NCBI GenBank assembly: GCA_963785655.1
Contig: CAWAVZ010000003.1
Span: 328,772-352,771, forward strand
Length of the DNA: 24,000 nucleotides
Direction of reading: 5' to 3'
Origin: an uncultured Acidobacteriota bacterium
GTDB lineage: Bacteria > Acidobacteriota > Terriglobia > Terriglobales > Acidobacteriaceae
Made by a program: the position numbers and the translations under genes. Position 1 is the stretch's first letter, and each line of letters opens with the position of its first letter. Under the pieces are notes generated by a model. The model ran no database searches and had not been told where the DNA came from. It saw only the letters and a list, made by a program, of their open reading frames with translations. Shown piece after piece: positions 16,823-24,000 of the stretch.

Positions 16823-17203
16823 CTATGTGCCGTAGTTCTTAGATTCTGGCCCGCGCCTTTCCTCACTGAACTTGTCCCGCACGCGGTCGCCGAATTCCTG
16901 CACCTTGTTTGAAATATTGCCGCGGGTCTCTTCGCCACTCGCAGGCGCAAGCAGCATGCCGACGCCGACACCTACTCCAACCCCGAGCAGCAGCGCTACC
17001 GCGGTATTCACACCATGATGGTCTTCGCCGCGAATCACATCCGAAGCCCGGCTGACCCTGCGCGAAGCTTCGCCGTAGGTGTCGCGCGCACGGTCGCTTA
17101 TGTCGTCGAAACCGTTACTAAGCCTGTCTCTTAATGAATCAATCAGATACACGCCCGTCCCGAGCAGCACGTTCCAGAGAATATTCTCTTTACGTAATCT
17201 CAT
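16823..17203 (-). CDS. YtxH-domain protein
   Basis: ATG lies 6 nt after GGAGG. The central hydrophobic helix LLLGVGVGVGVGMLLAPASGEETR is the YtxH hallmark (LLAP.SG.ETR), flanked by charged helical segments. Confidence 0.7.
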   Translation of the reverse strand: MRLRKENILWNVLLGTGVYLIDSLRDRLSNGFDDISDRARDTYGEASRRVSRASDVIRGEDHHGVNTAVALLLGVGVGVGVGMLLAPASGEETRGNISNKVQEFGDRVRDKFSEERRGPESKNYGT

Positions 17204-17304
17204 CCTTCGCCTCCACGTTAAGTTTCGTGCATATATGGAGATGCGGAAGCATGCAAGGCGGTTGGAAGGATTTCAACAGGAACAAGGTTGACGCCAGACT
17301 GAAG

Positions 17305-19233
17305 TCAATTCGTCAGTCCTACCCGTTGCAGCAGGTTACGGAAGCGAGGATCGGAGCGGAGATTGTCGGTCCGCAGGTCAGGCTTAAAGATCCAGGCGAC
17401 ATCCAAAGACTTCTCCCGATAGGCCTTTTCGATGAGGTCTAATGCCTTGTCCTTTTCGCCGAGTCCAGCGTAGATAGTCGCGGGAAGATACGGTGACGCT
17501 TTACTATCGCGCGCTTTCTGCTCCAGGTTGCGGAGAATTTTCTCCGCATCGGGGCGGCGGCCTGCGACCGCATAGGCGTGGCCCAATGAAGCCACCGCAT
17601 TGAGATCGCCGCCATTCGAGAGTTCGACGGCTCTTTGATATTCAGCGATAGCTTCAGGGAACTTGCCCGTGCCTTCGTACCCGAGGCCGAGATTGGTGTG
17701 TGTCAGCCAATCGTTGGCATTCGAAGCTAGCTGCTGGCGACCCGAATCAAGCAGACTCCCCCAATCCCGCAATTGAATAAATACGGCGGACGCGGTGCCA
17801 GCGGAGTCCGGTCCGGGGTCGAGTATTTTGCTTTTTTCGAGCTCAGCAAGCGCCTCATCCCGTCGGCCCATCAAGGCCAGAAAAGCTGCTCGGTCCTCAT
17901 GGGCGCAACTATAACTTGGGGAGAGAGTAATGGATTTGTTGAACGCTTCGTCTGCGGCCTTCCAATCATTGTCGGCATGCCACTTCAGTACGCCGAGAGC
18001 GTCATACGCTTCTCCATTATTGGGGTCCAACTCGAGAGCCTTGCTGACTGCTTCCCGTGTCAACCTAAACGCTTCGGCAGACGAAATCGATTGTTGCCCG
18101 AATAGCGCCATCCAAACGTAAGTCTCGGCTGCACCCGAATAGGCAGGCGAAAAGGTTGGATCCCTTCGGATGGCTTCTTCAAATGATTCCTTCGCTTGAT
18201 TGAGCACTCTCGGGTCGGTGAACGATTCGTTATAAAGATGGTAGCGGCCTCTGAGATAGGAGTCATACGCTTCGGGATCCATGGACTGCGCGGTGGCGAA
18301 CTGCGCTTTCAGCCCAGGTGTCAGCTGAGCGCGCACTTGCCCGGTGATCGCCCGCGCCACATCGCTTTGCAATTGAAGAGCATCGCCAAAATCGCGGTCA
18401 TAAGTCTCCGCCCAAAGATGCTGGTCCGTGCTCGCGCGAATGAGCTGGGCTGTGACTCGCACCCGTTGCCCTGAGCGCACGACCGATCCTTCGACGATTC
18501 CATCGACGTTCAATTCACGCGCTATCTCGGGAAGCTTCTTGCCGGTGTGCTTGTAAAGAGCGACGGTGGTGCGAGAGGTCACGCGTAATGAGCCAACCTT
18601 GGCAAGGTTGGTGATCAGCTCATCGGTCATCGCATCGGCGAAGTAGTCTTGCGCAGGATCGCCAGACAAGTTGTCGAGTGGCAGGACAGCTATCGAGCGG
18701 ATCGGGGGTGTCGCGCTTGCTTGGAGTCGAGATCTAGCCACAAGCCAAAACGTCAACCCGGCAGCCACCGTAATCAAAATGCTTAGTGCGAGAATGCGCC
18801 GGATTTTCGTTCGCGACGCGCTTACGGGCAGTGCGGTTTTTCGCGCCTCCGCCGGCTCGACGATCAGCAGGGCCGGCATTTCAAGAGTTGGCGCCACTAT
18901 CGGTGCAATGAAACGATAACCCCGGCCGGTCACGGTTTGTATAAAGCGAGGGTTCTCCGAATCGTCATTCAGCACCTGCCGAATCTTGCGGATGGCGCCG
19001 TTGATGCTGTTGTCAGTATCAAGAAAAACACCCTTGCCCCAAATCTTTTCGACGATCTGCTGTCGGGTAACGAGTTCGCCGCGTTGCTCAATCAGCAGGG
19101 CCAGAATTCCGAACGGTGTCGGTTCCAGCTTGAGCGCAAGGCCGGAGCGGCGCAGCTCGTAGGCGCGGAGGTCGAGTTCGAAGTCCTCCCCGAACTTCAT
19201 CGGCTGCTGTACTCGTACCGGCTCTGTAGCCAC
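17305..19233 (-). CDS. membrane-anchored OmpR/PhoB-type winged-helix (CadC/ToxR-like) transcriptional regulator with periplasmic/extracytoplasmic TPR domain
   Basis: The N-terminus FGEDFELDLRAYELRRSGLALKLEPTPFGILALLIEQRGELVTRQQIVEKIWG...TVTGRGYRF is a trans_reg_C domain. TM helix is ILALSILITVAAGLTFWLV. Multiple TPR-like repeats follow (A..YD..G, AIAEYQRAVEL). The start could be GTG 19233 or ATG 19200. Confidence 0.85.
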   Translation of the reverse strand: MATEPVRVQQPMKFGEDFELDLRAYELRRSGLALKLEPTPFGILALLIEQRGELVTRQQIVEKIWGKGVFLDTDNSINGAIRKIRQVLNDDSENPRFIQTVTGRGYRFIAPIVAPTLEMPALLIVEPAEARKTALPVSASRTKIRRILALSILITVAAGLTFWLVARSRLQASATPPIRSIAVLPLDNLSGDPAQDYFADAMTDELITNLAKVGSLRVTSRTTVALYKHTGKKLPEIARELNVDGIVEGSVVRSGQRVRVTAQLIRASTDQHLWAETYDRDFGDALQLQSDVARAITGQVRAQLTPGLKAQFATAQSMDPEAYDSYLRGRYHLYNESFTDPRVLNQAKESFEEAIRRDPTFSPAYSGAAETYVWMALFGQQSISSAEAFRLTREAVSKALELDPNNGEAYDALGVLKWHADNDWKAADEAFNKSITLSPSYSCAHEDRAAFLALMGRRDEALAELEKSKILDPGPDSAGTASAVFIQLRDWGSLLDSGRQQLASNANDWLTHTNLGLGYEGTGKFPEAIAEYQRAVELSNGGDLNAVASLGHAYAVAGRRPDAEKILRNLEQKARDSKASPYLPATIYAGLGEKDKALDLIEKAYREKSLDVAWIFKPDLRTDNLRSDPRFRNLLQRVGLTN

Positions 19234-19446
19234 GGACGCCCCCAGGTGAGCGCCGCAATTCTACCGCCAATTCCGCCTTTCGCAACATCACTTCTGTTTT
19301 CTGCGACTTAAGAGCACATAAAAAATTAAGACGGCCAACAGGCGGCCACTATTGAGCGCAAAAGTGTGATCTGCAAGTATGCACAAGAATTCCTCGGGTG
19401 CCGCCACAGGTTGCCCGGCAGAAAGCCGAGGACAGGGAGATTCGCC

Positions 19447-19989
19447 ATGAAAAAAACATTGATTCGACTCGGTTTGGTCGCCGGTTGCCTGGTCTTCGCA
19501 GGAGCAATTCAGCCTGATAGCCCACCCACCATCGCCCAGATCGTCGCCTTGGACGAATGCGATCCGGCCTCCTTCAACCAAGCGATCGGGCCGGACTTCT
19601 GCAAGAATGTCGCGCTCGCCCCGTTGGGATTTGCCACCACGATTCAGGACTTGTTCGCTAAAGCCGCGGCCGGAACTCCGGATCCCAAATGGGACTTTGA
19701 GCCCGACGAACTCACCATCCACAAAGGTACTGTCGTTTCGGTCGTTGACCAGGGGGGCGAGCCGCACACGTTCACGGAAGTGAAGCAATTTGGTGGCGGC
19801 TTTATCGCTGGCCTGAACAGCGGGGAAGAGCCAGTACCTGAATGCGCGGGTGGATTCAACGACCTCGCCGTAGCCAAGACCCGGATCATTCAGGGCAGCA
19901 CATCGCTGTTTACAGGATTGTCCAAAGGCACGCACTACTTTCAATGCTGCCTTCACCCCTGGATGAGAGTGAAAGTTGAAGTGAAGTGA
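19447..19989 (+). CDS. secreted cupredoxin-domain (type-1 copper, amicyanin/plastocyanin-like) protein
   Basis: ATG follows GGGAGA. Signal peptide is MKKTLIRLGLVAGCLVFAGA. The C-terminal GTHYFQCCLHPWMRVKVEV fits the amicyanin-type C-x2-H-x2-M copper ligand loop. The upstream GGEPHTF supplies the first His ligand. The 27-codon upstream extension in the track is unsupported. Confidence 0.65.
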   Translation: MKKTLIRLGLVAGCLVFAGAIQPDSPPTIAQIVALDECDPASFNQAIGPDFCKNVALAPLGFATTIQDLFAKAAAGTPDPKWDFEPDELTIHKGTVVSVVDQGGEPHTFTEVKQFGGGFIAGLNSGEEPVPECAGGFNDLAVAKTRIIQGSTSLFTGLSKGTHYFQCCLHPWMRVKVEVK

Positions 19990-20113
19990 TCCTTGGCGGT
20001 TCGCACACGACATGGACTCGAAGGACATGTCAGATATCGTCCGGGGCAGTTGCAGGAAAAGATGATTGAGAAAGCGGAAAGAGGAGAGGGGACGGAAGAA
20101 GAGTAGGCGTGAT

Positions 20114-20536
20114 TCAGATCTTCAGTCCCTCTGCTTTTGCCAGTTTTGCCTGGCGGTCGTCGAAGGTCCAGAAGCGGTCGGCTTTAAGTTCCAGGGCACA
20201 AGCGACGTGCAGAGTGTCGAGCGTGCGTAGGCCGAGTTTTGGGCAGTGCTTGCGCGCGAGATCGGCGCAAAGGTCAAAGGCGGCTTCTGGTATTGGCGTT
20301 ACGATCCAACGTCCGGTTTGTTGGTGCTCTTCCAATCGTGCATGCATTCGCTGGGATTCAGAGAGCGAAAGCTGTCCCCGAAAAACATGCTGGCCTAAAA
20401 CATGCGCCCACTCAGCATTGTGGAGTGGGGTGAACCAAAGACCTGGGGCCGACTTGACTCGTCGGCGCGATTCCGCAGAGTGCTGGTCGGTCAAATACAG
20501 AGACACCAAGAAACTGGAGTCCACATAGATGTTCAA
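20114..20536 (-). CDS. vapC: PIN-domain ribonuclease toxin VapC
   Basis: MNIYVDSSFLVSLY (first acidic residue), TLDTLHVACAL and FWTFDDRQ match the PIN acidic quartet layout. The start overlaps the upstream antitoxin stop by 4 nt. Confidence 0.85.
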   Translation of the reverse strand: MNIYVDSSFLVSLYLTDQHSAESRRRVKSAPGLWFTPLHNAEWAHVLGQHVFRGQLSLSESQRMHARLEEHQQTGRWIVTPIPEAAFDLCADLARKHCPKLGLRTLDTLHVACALELKADRFWTFDDRQAKLAKAEGLKI

Positions 20537-20769
20537 TAACGCCCCCGTTCCTGAATCAGCAGATCAGCTCCGGGTAGAACGCGATCGCCGATAATCTCTT
20601 TTGCCAACGCCTCGAAATCGGGCCACTCGCCAGCAGCTTTCGTGTGATTTTCGGGCACGATACGAGCGATTCGCTTGTTCCGATCGCATAACTCGATGGT
20701 CTTTCCGGCACGCAGCCAAGCTTTCAGCCGCTTGGTGTCGCGCAGCTGACGTATATTAACGGAAGGCAT
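20533..20769 (-). CDS. Phd/YefM-type antitoxin
   Basis: From ATG 20769, MPSVNIRQLRDTKRLKAWLRAGKTIELCDRNKRIARIVP follows the Phd/YefM N-terminal pattern (V.I.ELR..L...L..V..G..V.IT..G.PVA.LVP). It is translationally coupled to vapC. The track start 20787 adds MCHIII and lies inside the operator palindrome. Confidence 0.7.
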   Translation of the reverse strand: MPSVNIRQLRDTKRLKAWLRAGKTIELCDRNKRIARIVPENHTKAAGEWPDFEALAKEIIGDRVLPGADLLIQERGRY

Positions 20770-20775
20770 GATAAT

Positions 20776-20805
20776 AATGTGACACATTATGTGTCACATT
20801 GTCAA
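20776..20805 (-). promoter_or_regulatory. perfect 25-bp palindrome (operator) overlapping a TTGACA -35 box of the phd-vapC operon
   Basis: aatgtgacacat t atgtgtcacatt (20776-20800) has 12-bp perfect arms and a 1-nt centre. The minus strand reads TTGACA(20805-20800)-17 nt-tcacat-7 nt-ATG(20769). The palindrome therefore covers the spacer and -10 region, and no SD is present. Confidence 0.55.
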
Positions 20806-20816
20806 GAATCTGAAAA

Positions 20817-21011
20817 TCAAAGATCTAGGGGATGTCTGCTCCTTGGAAAACCATGCTCGTCGTATCCGAGAATCTCATCCGCAGATCGAGTGTCGAGCGT
20901 CGGCATGGCATCCACGCGCCGGAGAATTTCTTCGATTTGGCGCAACAAAACGTGACCTTTACGCCGCACATTCATTTTCTCCCAGAGTTTAGTCACGCTG
21001 GCTCTCATCAT
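20817..21011 (-). CDS. possible orphan/truncated VapB antitoxin (Rv0623/PSK_trans_fac-like C-terminal portion)
   Basis: From ATG 21011: MMRASVTKLWEKMNVRRKGHVLLRQIEEILRRVDAMPTLDTRSADEILGYDEHGFP.... The tail LP..D.RS.[DE].ILGYDE.GLP is, from memory, the signature C-terminus of Rv0623-type VapB antitoxins. Similarity seems to continue upstream of the ATG (KLSVLRAQAFPSGK) into the vapC2 stop region, where there is no start codon. Confidence 0.35.
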   Translation of the reverse strand: MMRASVTKLWEKMNVRRKGHVLLRQIEEILRRVDAMPTLDTRSADEILGYDEHGFPRSRHPLDL

Positions 21012-21051
21012 TTTTCCACTCGGAAAAGCCTGTGCTCTTAATACTGAAAGC

Positions 21052-21435
21052 TTATACGCGTGTGAGTTGCGGAAGCGCGTCGAAATGGGCGTCGCGGTCG
21101 CATAAAGCCAATGAATGTTGCAGCGCCAACGCCGCGATCCACATGTCGTTAGTGGGAATGGGAGTGCCTTGTTTGCGCAGTTGCCGATAGATCGCCGCGT
21201 AATGATGAGTGGTCTGCTCGTCTGGATAAAGCACACCCGTTCCGGACTTGAGAAGAAAACGGCGTAGGAGCGCCTCGTTATGCGGTCCCTGGGTGCCGAT
21301 TGCAAACCCGGCGCGCAATTCTCCCACAACGACGAATGGCAGCCAGACCTCATCGGCCAATTCAAGAGCCTTGACAATGGAAGCTTCGCCGCGAGAAAAA
21401 TCGGTATAACGATTCGTGTCGAGGGCAATCCTCAC
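21052..21435 (-). CDS. vapC: PIN-domain ribonuclease toxin VapC (second copy, unrelated sequence)
   Basis: VRIALDTNRYTDF..., VVGELRAG, TNDMWIAALAL and LCDRDAHF are the PIN motifs. GTG at 21435 gives the canonical M.I.LDTN start. The track start ATG 21498 would overlap the antitoxin by 20 nt and add a Gly/Arg-rich leader. Confidence 0.8.
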   Translation of the reverse strand: MRIALDTNRYTDFSRGEASIVKALELADEVWLPFVVVGELRAGFAIGTQGPHNEALLRRFLLKSGTGVLYPDEQTTHHYAAIYRQLRKQGTPIPTNDMWIAALALQHSLALCDRDAHFDALPQLTRV

Positions 21436-21478
21436 GCCGCGGGTCCTATACGCGCCAGGTTTTGGCGTGCCGCGGTTA

Positions 21479-21718
21479 TCACCATAAATCCCCGTCAATC
21501 ACATCCTGCTCAGACACAGCACTGTCAAAGAGCGGATCCTCGCGCCAACCTCCCGCGAGGTCACTCAGATCACGCTGCCGGCATTGCTGCTCGCCCAATC
21601 CCGCTCCCAGAGCCAAAGCCTCGATTGCAACGTCATTCAGGCTCTTGCCCTGTTCGCGGGCTTTGCGGCGAAGGGCAACGTCTAGACGCTCTGGCACATT
21701 TCGGATGGTGTACTGCAT
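21479..21718 (-). CDS. vapB: ribbon-helix-helix (FitA/Arc-like) VapB antitoxin
   Basis: MQYTIRNVPERLDVALRRKAREQGKSLNDVAIEAL matches the RHH antitoxin pattern (..L.IRN.[PD]..L...L...A...G.S...E.R.IL). It lies directly upstream of a PIN toxin. Confidence 0.75.
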   Translation of the reverse strand: MQYTIRNVPERLDVALRRKAREQGKSLNDVAIEALALGAGLGEQQCRQRDLSDLAGGWREDPLFDSAVSEQDVIDGDLW

Positions 21719-21724
21719 GCACTT

Positions 21725-21753
21725 ATTGTAGGCTACGCAGGCACTAAATGCAA
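21725..21753 (-). promoter_or_regulatory. near-consensus sigma70-type promoter giving leaderless vapB-vapC mRNA (TTGCAT-17-TACAAT-6-ATG)
   Basis: The minus strand reads TTGCAT ttagtgcctgcgtagcc TACAAT aagtgc ATG(21718). There is no SD. The -35 box lies 9 nt after the gyrA stop codon. Confidence 0.5.
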
Positions 21754-21761
21754 GCTACCGT

Positions 21762-24000
21762 CTACTGTATCAACCCACCGTTCGGCTCCTCATCCGGCGG
21801 AATCACCACAGCCGCCGCCACGCGGTCGCCCGCTTCCATATGAAGCAGACGAACGCCCTGAGCGCTGCGGCCAGATTCGCGGATGGTGCCTGAATCCATG
21901 CGGATGATTTTGCCGTACTGGCTGATTAGCATGACTTCCGATTTCTCCGTGACCTGCGCGATGCCCGTGACTTTGCCGTTGCGCTCGGTGGTCTTCACGT
22001 TGATGACGCCAGAGCCTCCGCGTCCCTGAAGACGATATTCGTCCGCGGGCGTGCGTTTGCCGTAGCCGTTTTCGGTGATCGACAAAATCAACGACCCTTT
22101 GATTGGAATGGTCGCGTCTGTCGCGGTCGCTTCCGGGACTCCAGCTTCGGCCTTGGCCTTTTCAAGTTCGGCTTCGGCTTTCTTGGGATCTTTGGGCGTC
22201 GTCGCCATGCCGACGATGTAGTCTTTTTCGTCGAGCTTCATGCCGCGAACGCCGTAAGCCGGGCGTCCCATGTCACGCACGTCAGCTTCGTCAAAGCGAA
22301 TGGCTTGGCCGTCGTGCGAGGCAAGGAAAATAATCTGGCTGCCGTCGGTAAGGGTAGTGCCGACCAGTTCGTCACCTTTATCAATGCCGATGGCGATGAT
22401 GCCACGCGACATCACATTGCAGAAATCCTTCAGCGGCGTCTTCTTCACCGTGCCATTGCGCGTGGCGAAGAAAATGTAGCGGCCTTCTTCTTCGAGATTG
22501 CGCACCGCAAGCATATTGCGCACGGTTTCGCCCGGCTGCAGCGAAACCAGATTGGAAACGTGCTTGCCTTTGCCGGCGGCGCCGACATCGGGAATCTCAT
22601 AAACCTTCAGCCAGTAAACGCGCCCAGTGTTCGTAAAGATGAGAATGTAGGCGTGGGTCGAAGCAATAAACAGATGCTCGACAAAATCCTCGTCGCGCGT
22701 CTTCATTCCGGTGCGACCCTGGCCTCCGCGTCGCTGTTGGCGGTAAGTCGAGATCGGGGTGCGCTTGAGATATCCGCCGTGGCTCACCGTGACCGCAACC
22801 TGCTCGTCAGCGATCAGGTCTTCCAGTTGGATCTCCGCAGCTTCGTCTTCGATCACTGTGCGGCGCTCGTCGCCGTAAAGCTTCTTGACTTCTTCCAGCT
22901 CGGTGACGATGACTCTGCGCAGCTTTTTCTCGGAGCCAAGAATCGATTCGTACTCCGCGATGCTCTCTCGCGTGACGCCCAGCTCTTTGTTGATTTCGTC
23001 AATCGAAAGCCGGGTCAAGCGGTGCAATTGCAATTCGAGAATGGCGTCGGCTTGAATTGCGGTAAACGGCTTTTCGGGATTGAGCTTGGGTGCACGTCCG
23101 GTCGTATTGATCTCGATCTTTTTGCCACCGAAATACATCACCAGGTTCTCGCGAGCCTCGCCGCGATTCGCGCTGCCGCGAATAATCACAATCACGTTGT
23201 CCAGATGATCGAGTGCGTTGAGGTACCCCTCTAAAATGTGCTCGCGGTCTCTGGCTTTCTGCAGCAGGTACGCAGTACGACGGCGCACCACATCGACGCG
23301 ATGATCGATGAAGTGCTGGAGCGCCTGGATCAGCCCCATTTCCTTCGGCTGGTTGTGCACCACCGCGAGCAGGATCATGCTGAAGCTCTCCTGCATTTGC
23401 GTGTGCTTGAAAAGCTTGTTGAGCACGATCTGCGGCTCGGCCCCGCGCTTCAGTTCAACGACGATGCGCATGCCGTCGCGATCACTCTCGTCCCGGATGT
23501 CCGAAATGTCGTCAACCGTCTTGTCGTTCACCAGTTGTGCCATGCGCTCGATCAGTCGCTTCTTGCTGATCTGATAGGGAATTTCGGTGACAATAATGGC
23601 TTGGCGGTCCTTGCTGAACGTCTCAATCGCCGCTCTTGCGCGCATCATGAAACGTCCGCGACCCGTCTTGTAGGCTTCAAGAATCCCGCTCTTGCCATGA
23701 ATGATTCCTGCGGTCGGGAAATCTGGCCCCTTCACGAACTTCAGGATTTCGGGAAGTGAGGTCGCGGGATTGTTCACCAGCGTAATGGTCGCGTCCACAA
23801 TTTCAGTGAGATTATGCGGAGGAATGTTGGTCGCCATGCCCACGGCGATTCCATTCGATCCGTTTATCAGAAGATTCGGAACTCGCGTCGGCAGGACTGC
23901 CGGCTCCATGTTGGTTTCATCGTAGGTTGGGCCAAAATCTACGGTGTCTTTATCGATGTCGGCATTCAGGTCCTCCGCCATGCGGGTCAGGCGGCATTCC
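21762..24000 (-). CDS. gyrA: DNA gyrase subunit A, 3' portion (N-terminal ~130 codons off-window)
   Basis: The frame is open to the window edge. ...[23 protein letters not shown]...[31 protein letters not shown] matches GyrA. The tower/coiled-coil region and C-terminal beta-pinwheel repeats are present (e.g. the GyrA-box-like [10 protein letters not shown]). Confidence 0.97.
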   Translation of the reverse strand, partial: ECRLTRMAEDLNADIDKDTVDFGPTYDETNMEPAVLPTRVPNLLINGSNGIAVGMATNIPPHNLTEIVDATITLVNNPATSLPEILKFVKGPDFPTAGIIHGKSGILEAYKTGRGRFMMRARAAIETFSKDRQAIIVTEIPYQISKKRLIERMAQLVNDKTVDDISDIRDESDRDGMRIVVELKRGAEPQIVLNKLFKHTQMQESFSMILLAVVHNQPKEMGLIQALQHFIDHRVDVVRRRTAYLLQKARDREHILEGYLNALDHLDNVIVIIRGSANRGEARENLVMYFGGKKIEINTTGRAPKLNPEKPFTAIQADAILELQLHRLTRLSIDEINKELGVTRESIAEYESILGSEKKLRRVIVTELEEVKKLYGDERRTVIEDEAAEIQLEDLIADEQVAVTVSHGGYLKRTPISTYRQQRRGGQGRTGMKTRDEDFVEHLFIASTHAYILIFTNTGRVYWLKVYEIPDVGAAGKGKHVSNLVSLQPGETVRNMLAVRNLEEEGRYIFFATRNGTVKKTPLKDFCNVMSRGIIAIGIDKGDELVGTTLTDGSQIIFLASHDGQAIRFDEADVRDMGRPAYGVRGMKLDEKDYIVGMATTPKDPKKAEAELEKAKAEAGVPEATATDATIPIKGSLILSITENGYGKRTPADEYRLQGRGGSGVINVKTTERNGKVTGIAQVTEKSEVMLISQYGKIIRMDSGTIRESGRSAQGVRLLHMEAGDRVAAAVVIPPDEEPNGGLIQ

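Noticed and set aside
19288-20028. 246-aa minus-strand ORF overlapping the cupredoxin gene
   Set aside because: The plus-strand frame has an SD, a signal peptide and a complete type-1 copper ligand set. The minus-strand product is compositionally odd with no motifs, so I treat it as a shadow ORF.
20054-20107. 54-nt polypurine tract (ggaaagaggagaggggacggaagaagag...) between the cupredoxin and vapC1 genes, containing a 14-codon ORF (MIEKAERGEGTEEE)
   Set aside because: It is a real compositional oddity, with a 17-nt pure purine run at 20076-20092. The mini-ORF has no support, the tract lies in a convergent 3' region, and nothing ties it to a function. It is noted only as possible H-DNA or a spacer.
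20817-21428. 203-aa minus-strand ORF spanning vapC2 in another frame
   Set aside because: Only its last roughly 64-80 codons (downstream of the vapC2 stop) look protein-like. The upstream part overlaps the well-supported PIN gene out of frame, so the long form is rejected and only the short VapB-like remnant is reported.
22305-23234. 309-aa plus-strand ORF (and 23238..23759, 173 aa) inside gyrA
   Set aside because: It is antisense to an unambiguous gyrA reading frame. The translation is Arg/Ala/Leu-rich low-information sequence typical of shadow ORFs in GC-rich DNA, with no motifs or start context.
1-24000. Scan for CRISPR arrays, IS/transposase or integrase genes, rRNA/tRNA genes, and DGR-type template/variable repeats
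   Set aside because: I found no spaced direct repeats longer than about 15 bp, no recombinase-like ORFs and no RNA-gene signatures by eye. The window appears to be core chromosome plus a small TA island.

Overview
This looks like a chromosomal segment of about 56-58% GC. It is probably from an Acidobacteriota (Terriglobia-like) genome, an inference from protein architectures: a Ser/Thr kinase with the [17 protein letters not shown]-terminus fused to a PD40/TolB-like propeller, a CadC-like wHTH-TPR regulator, and a fused membrane/spermidine-synthase protein. Gene order is: SDR oxidoreductase (partial), secreted hypothetical, lpxC, hypothetical exported protein (-), CADD/CT610-like di-iron pABA-synthase homologue, FlK-family hotdog thioesterase, tilS, ftsH with terminator, then a minus-strand run of aldo/keto reductase, membrane protein, kinase, selD and TauE/SafE permease. 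After that come the fused membrane/spermidine-synthase-like protein (+), YtxH-like protein (-), wHTH-TPR regulator (-) divergent from a cupredoxin (+), a small toxin-antitoxin island (phd-vapC, an orphan VapB-like fragment, RHH-vapB/vapC), and the 3' two-thirds of gyrA (-). No rRNA, tRNA, CRISPR array or transposase was seen. Main points the ORF track misses: (1) selD is a selenoprotein gene. Its real N-terminus lies 29 codons upstream of the called start, across an in-frame TGA at the catalytic Cys/Sec position, followed by a SECIS-like hairpin. It appears to be transcribed leaderless from its own TACAAT box and sits just downstream of a TauE/SafE permease. (2) The kinase has no ATG/GTG/TTG upstream of its glycine-rich loop, and an SD-preceded ATT is the only sensible start. 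(3) The TA island has a perfect 25-bp palindromic operator over a TTGACA promoter, a second near-consensus leaderless promoter, and a decayed Rv0623-type VapB remnant. (4) The CADD-like gene is paired with a FlK-like thioesterase and has an RBS-sequestering leader with alternative pairings. All functional calls rest on remembered family motifs read by eye; no database search was run.
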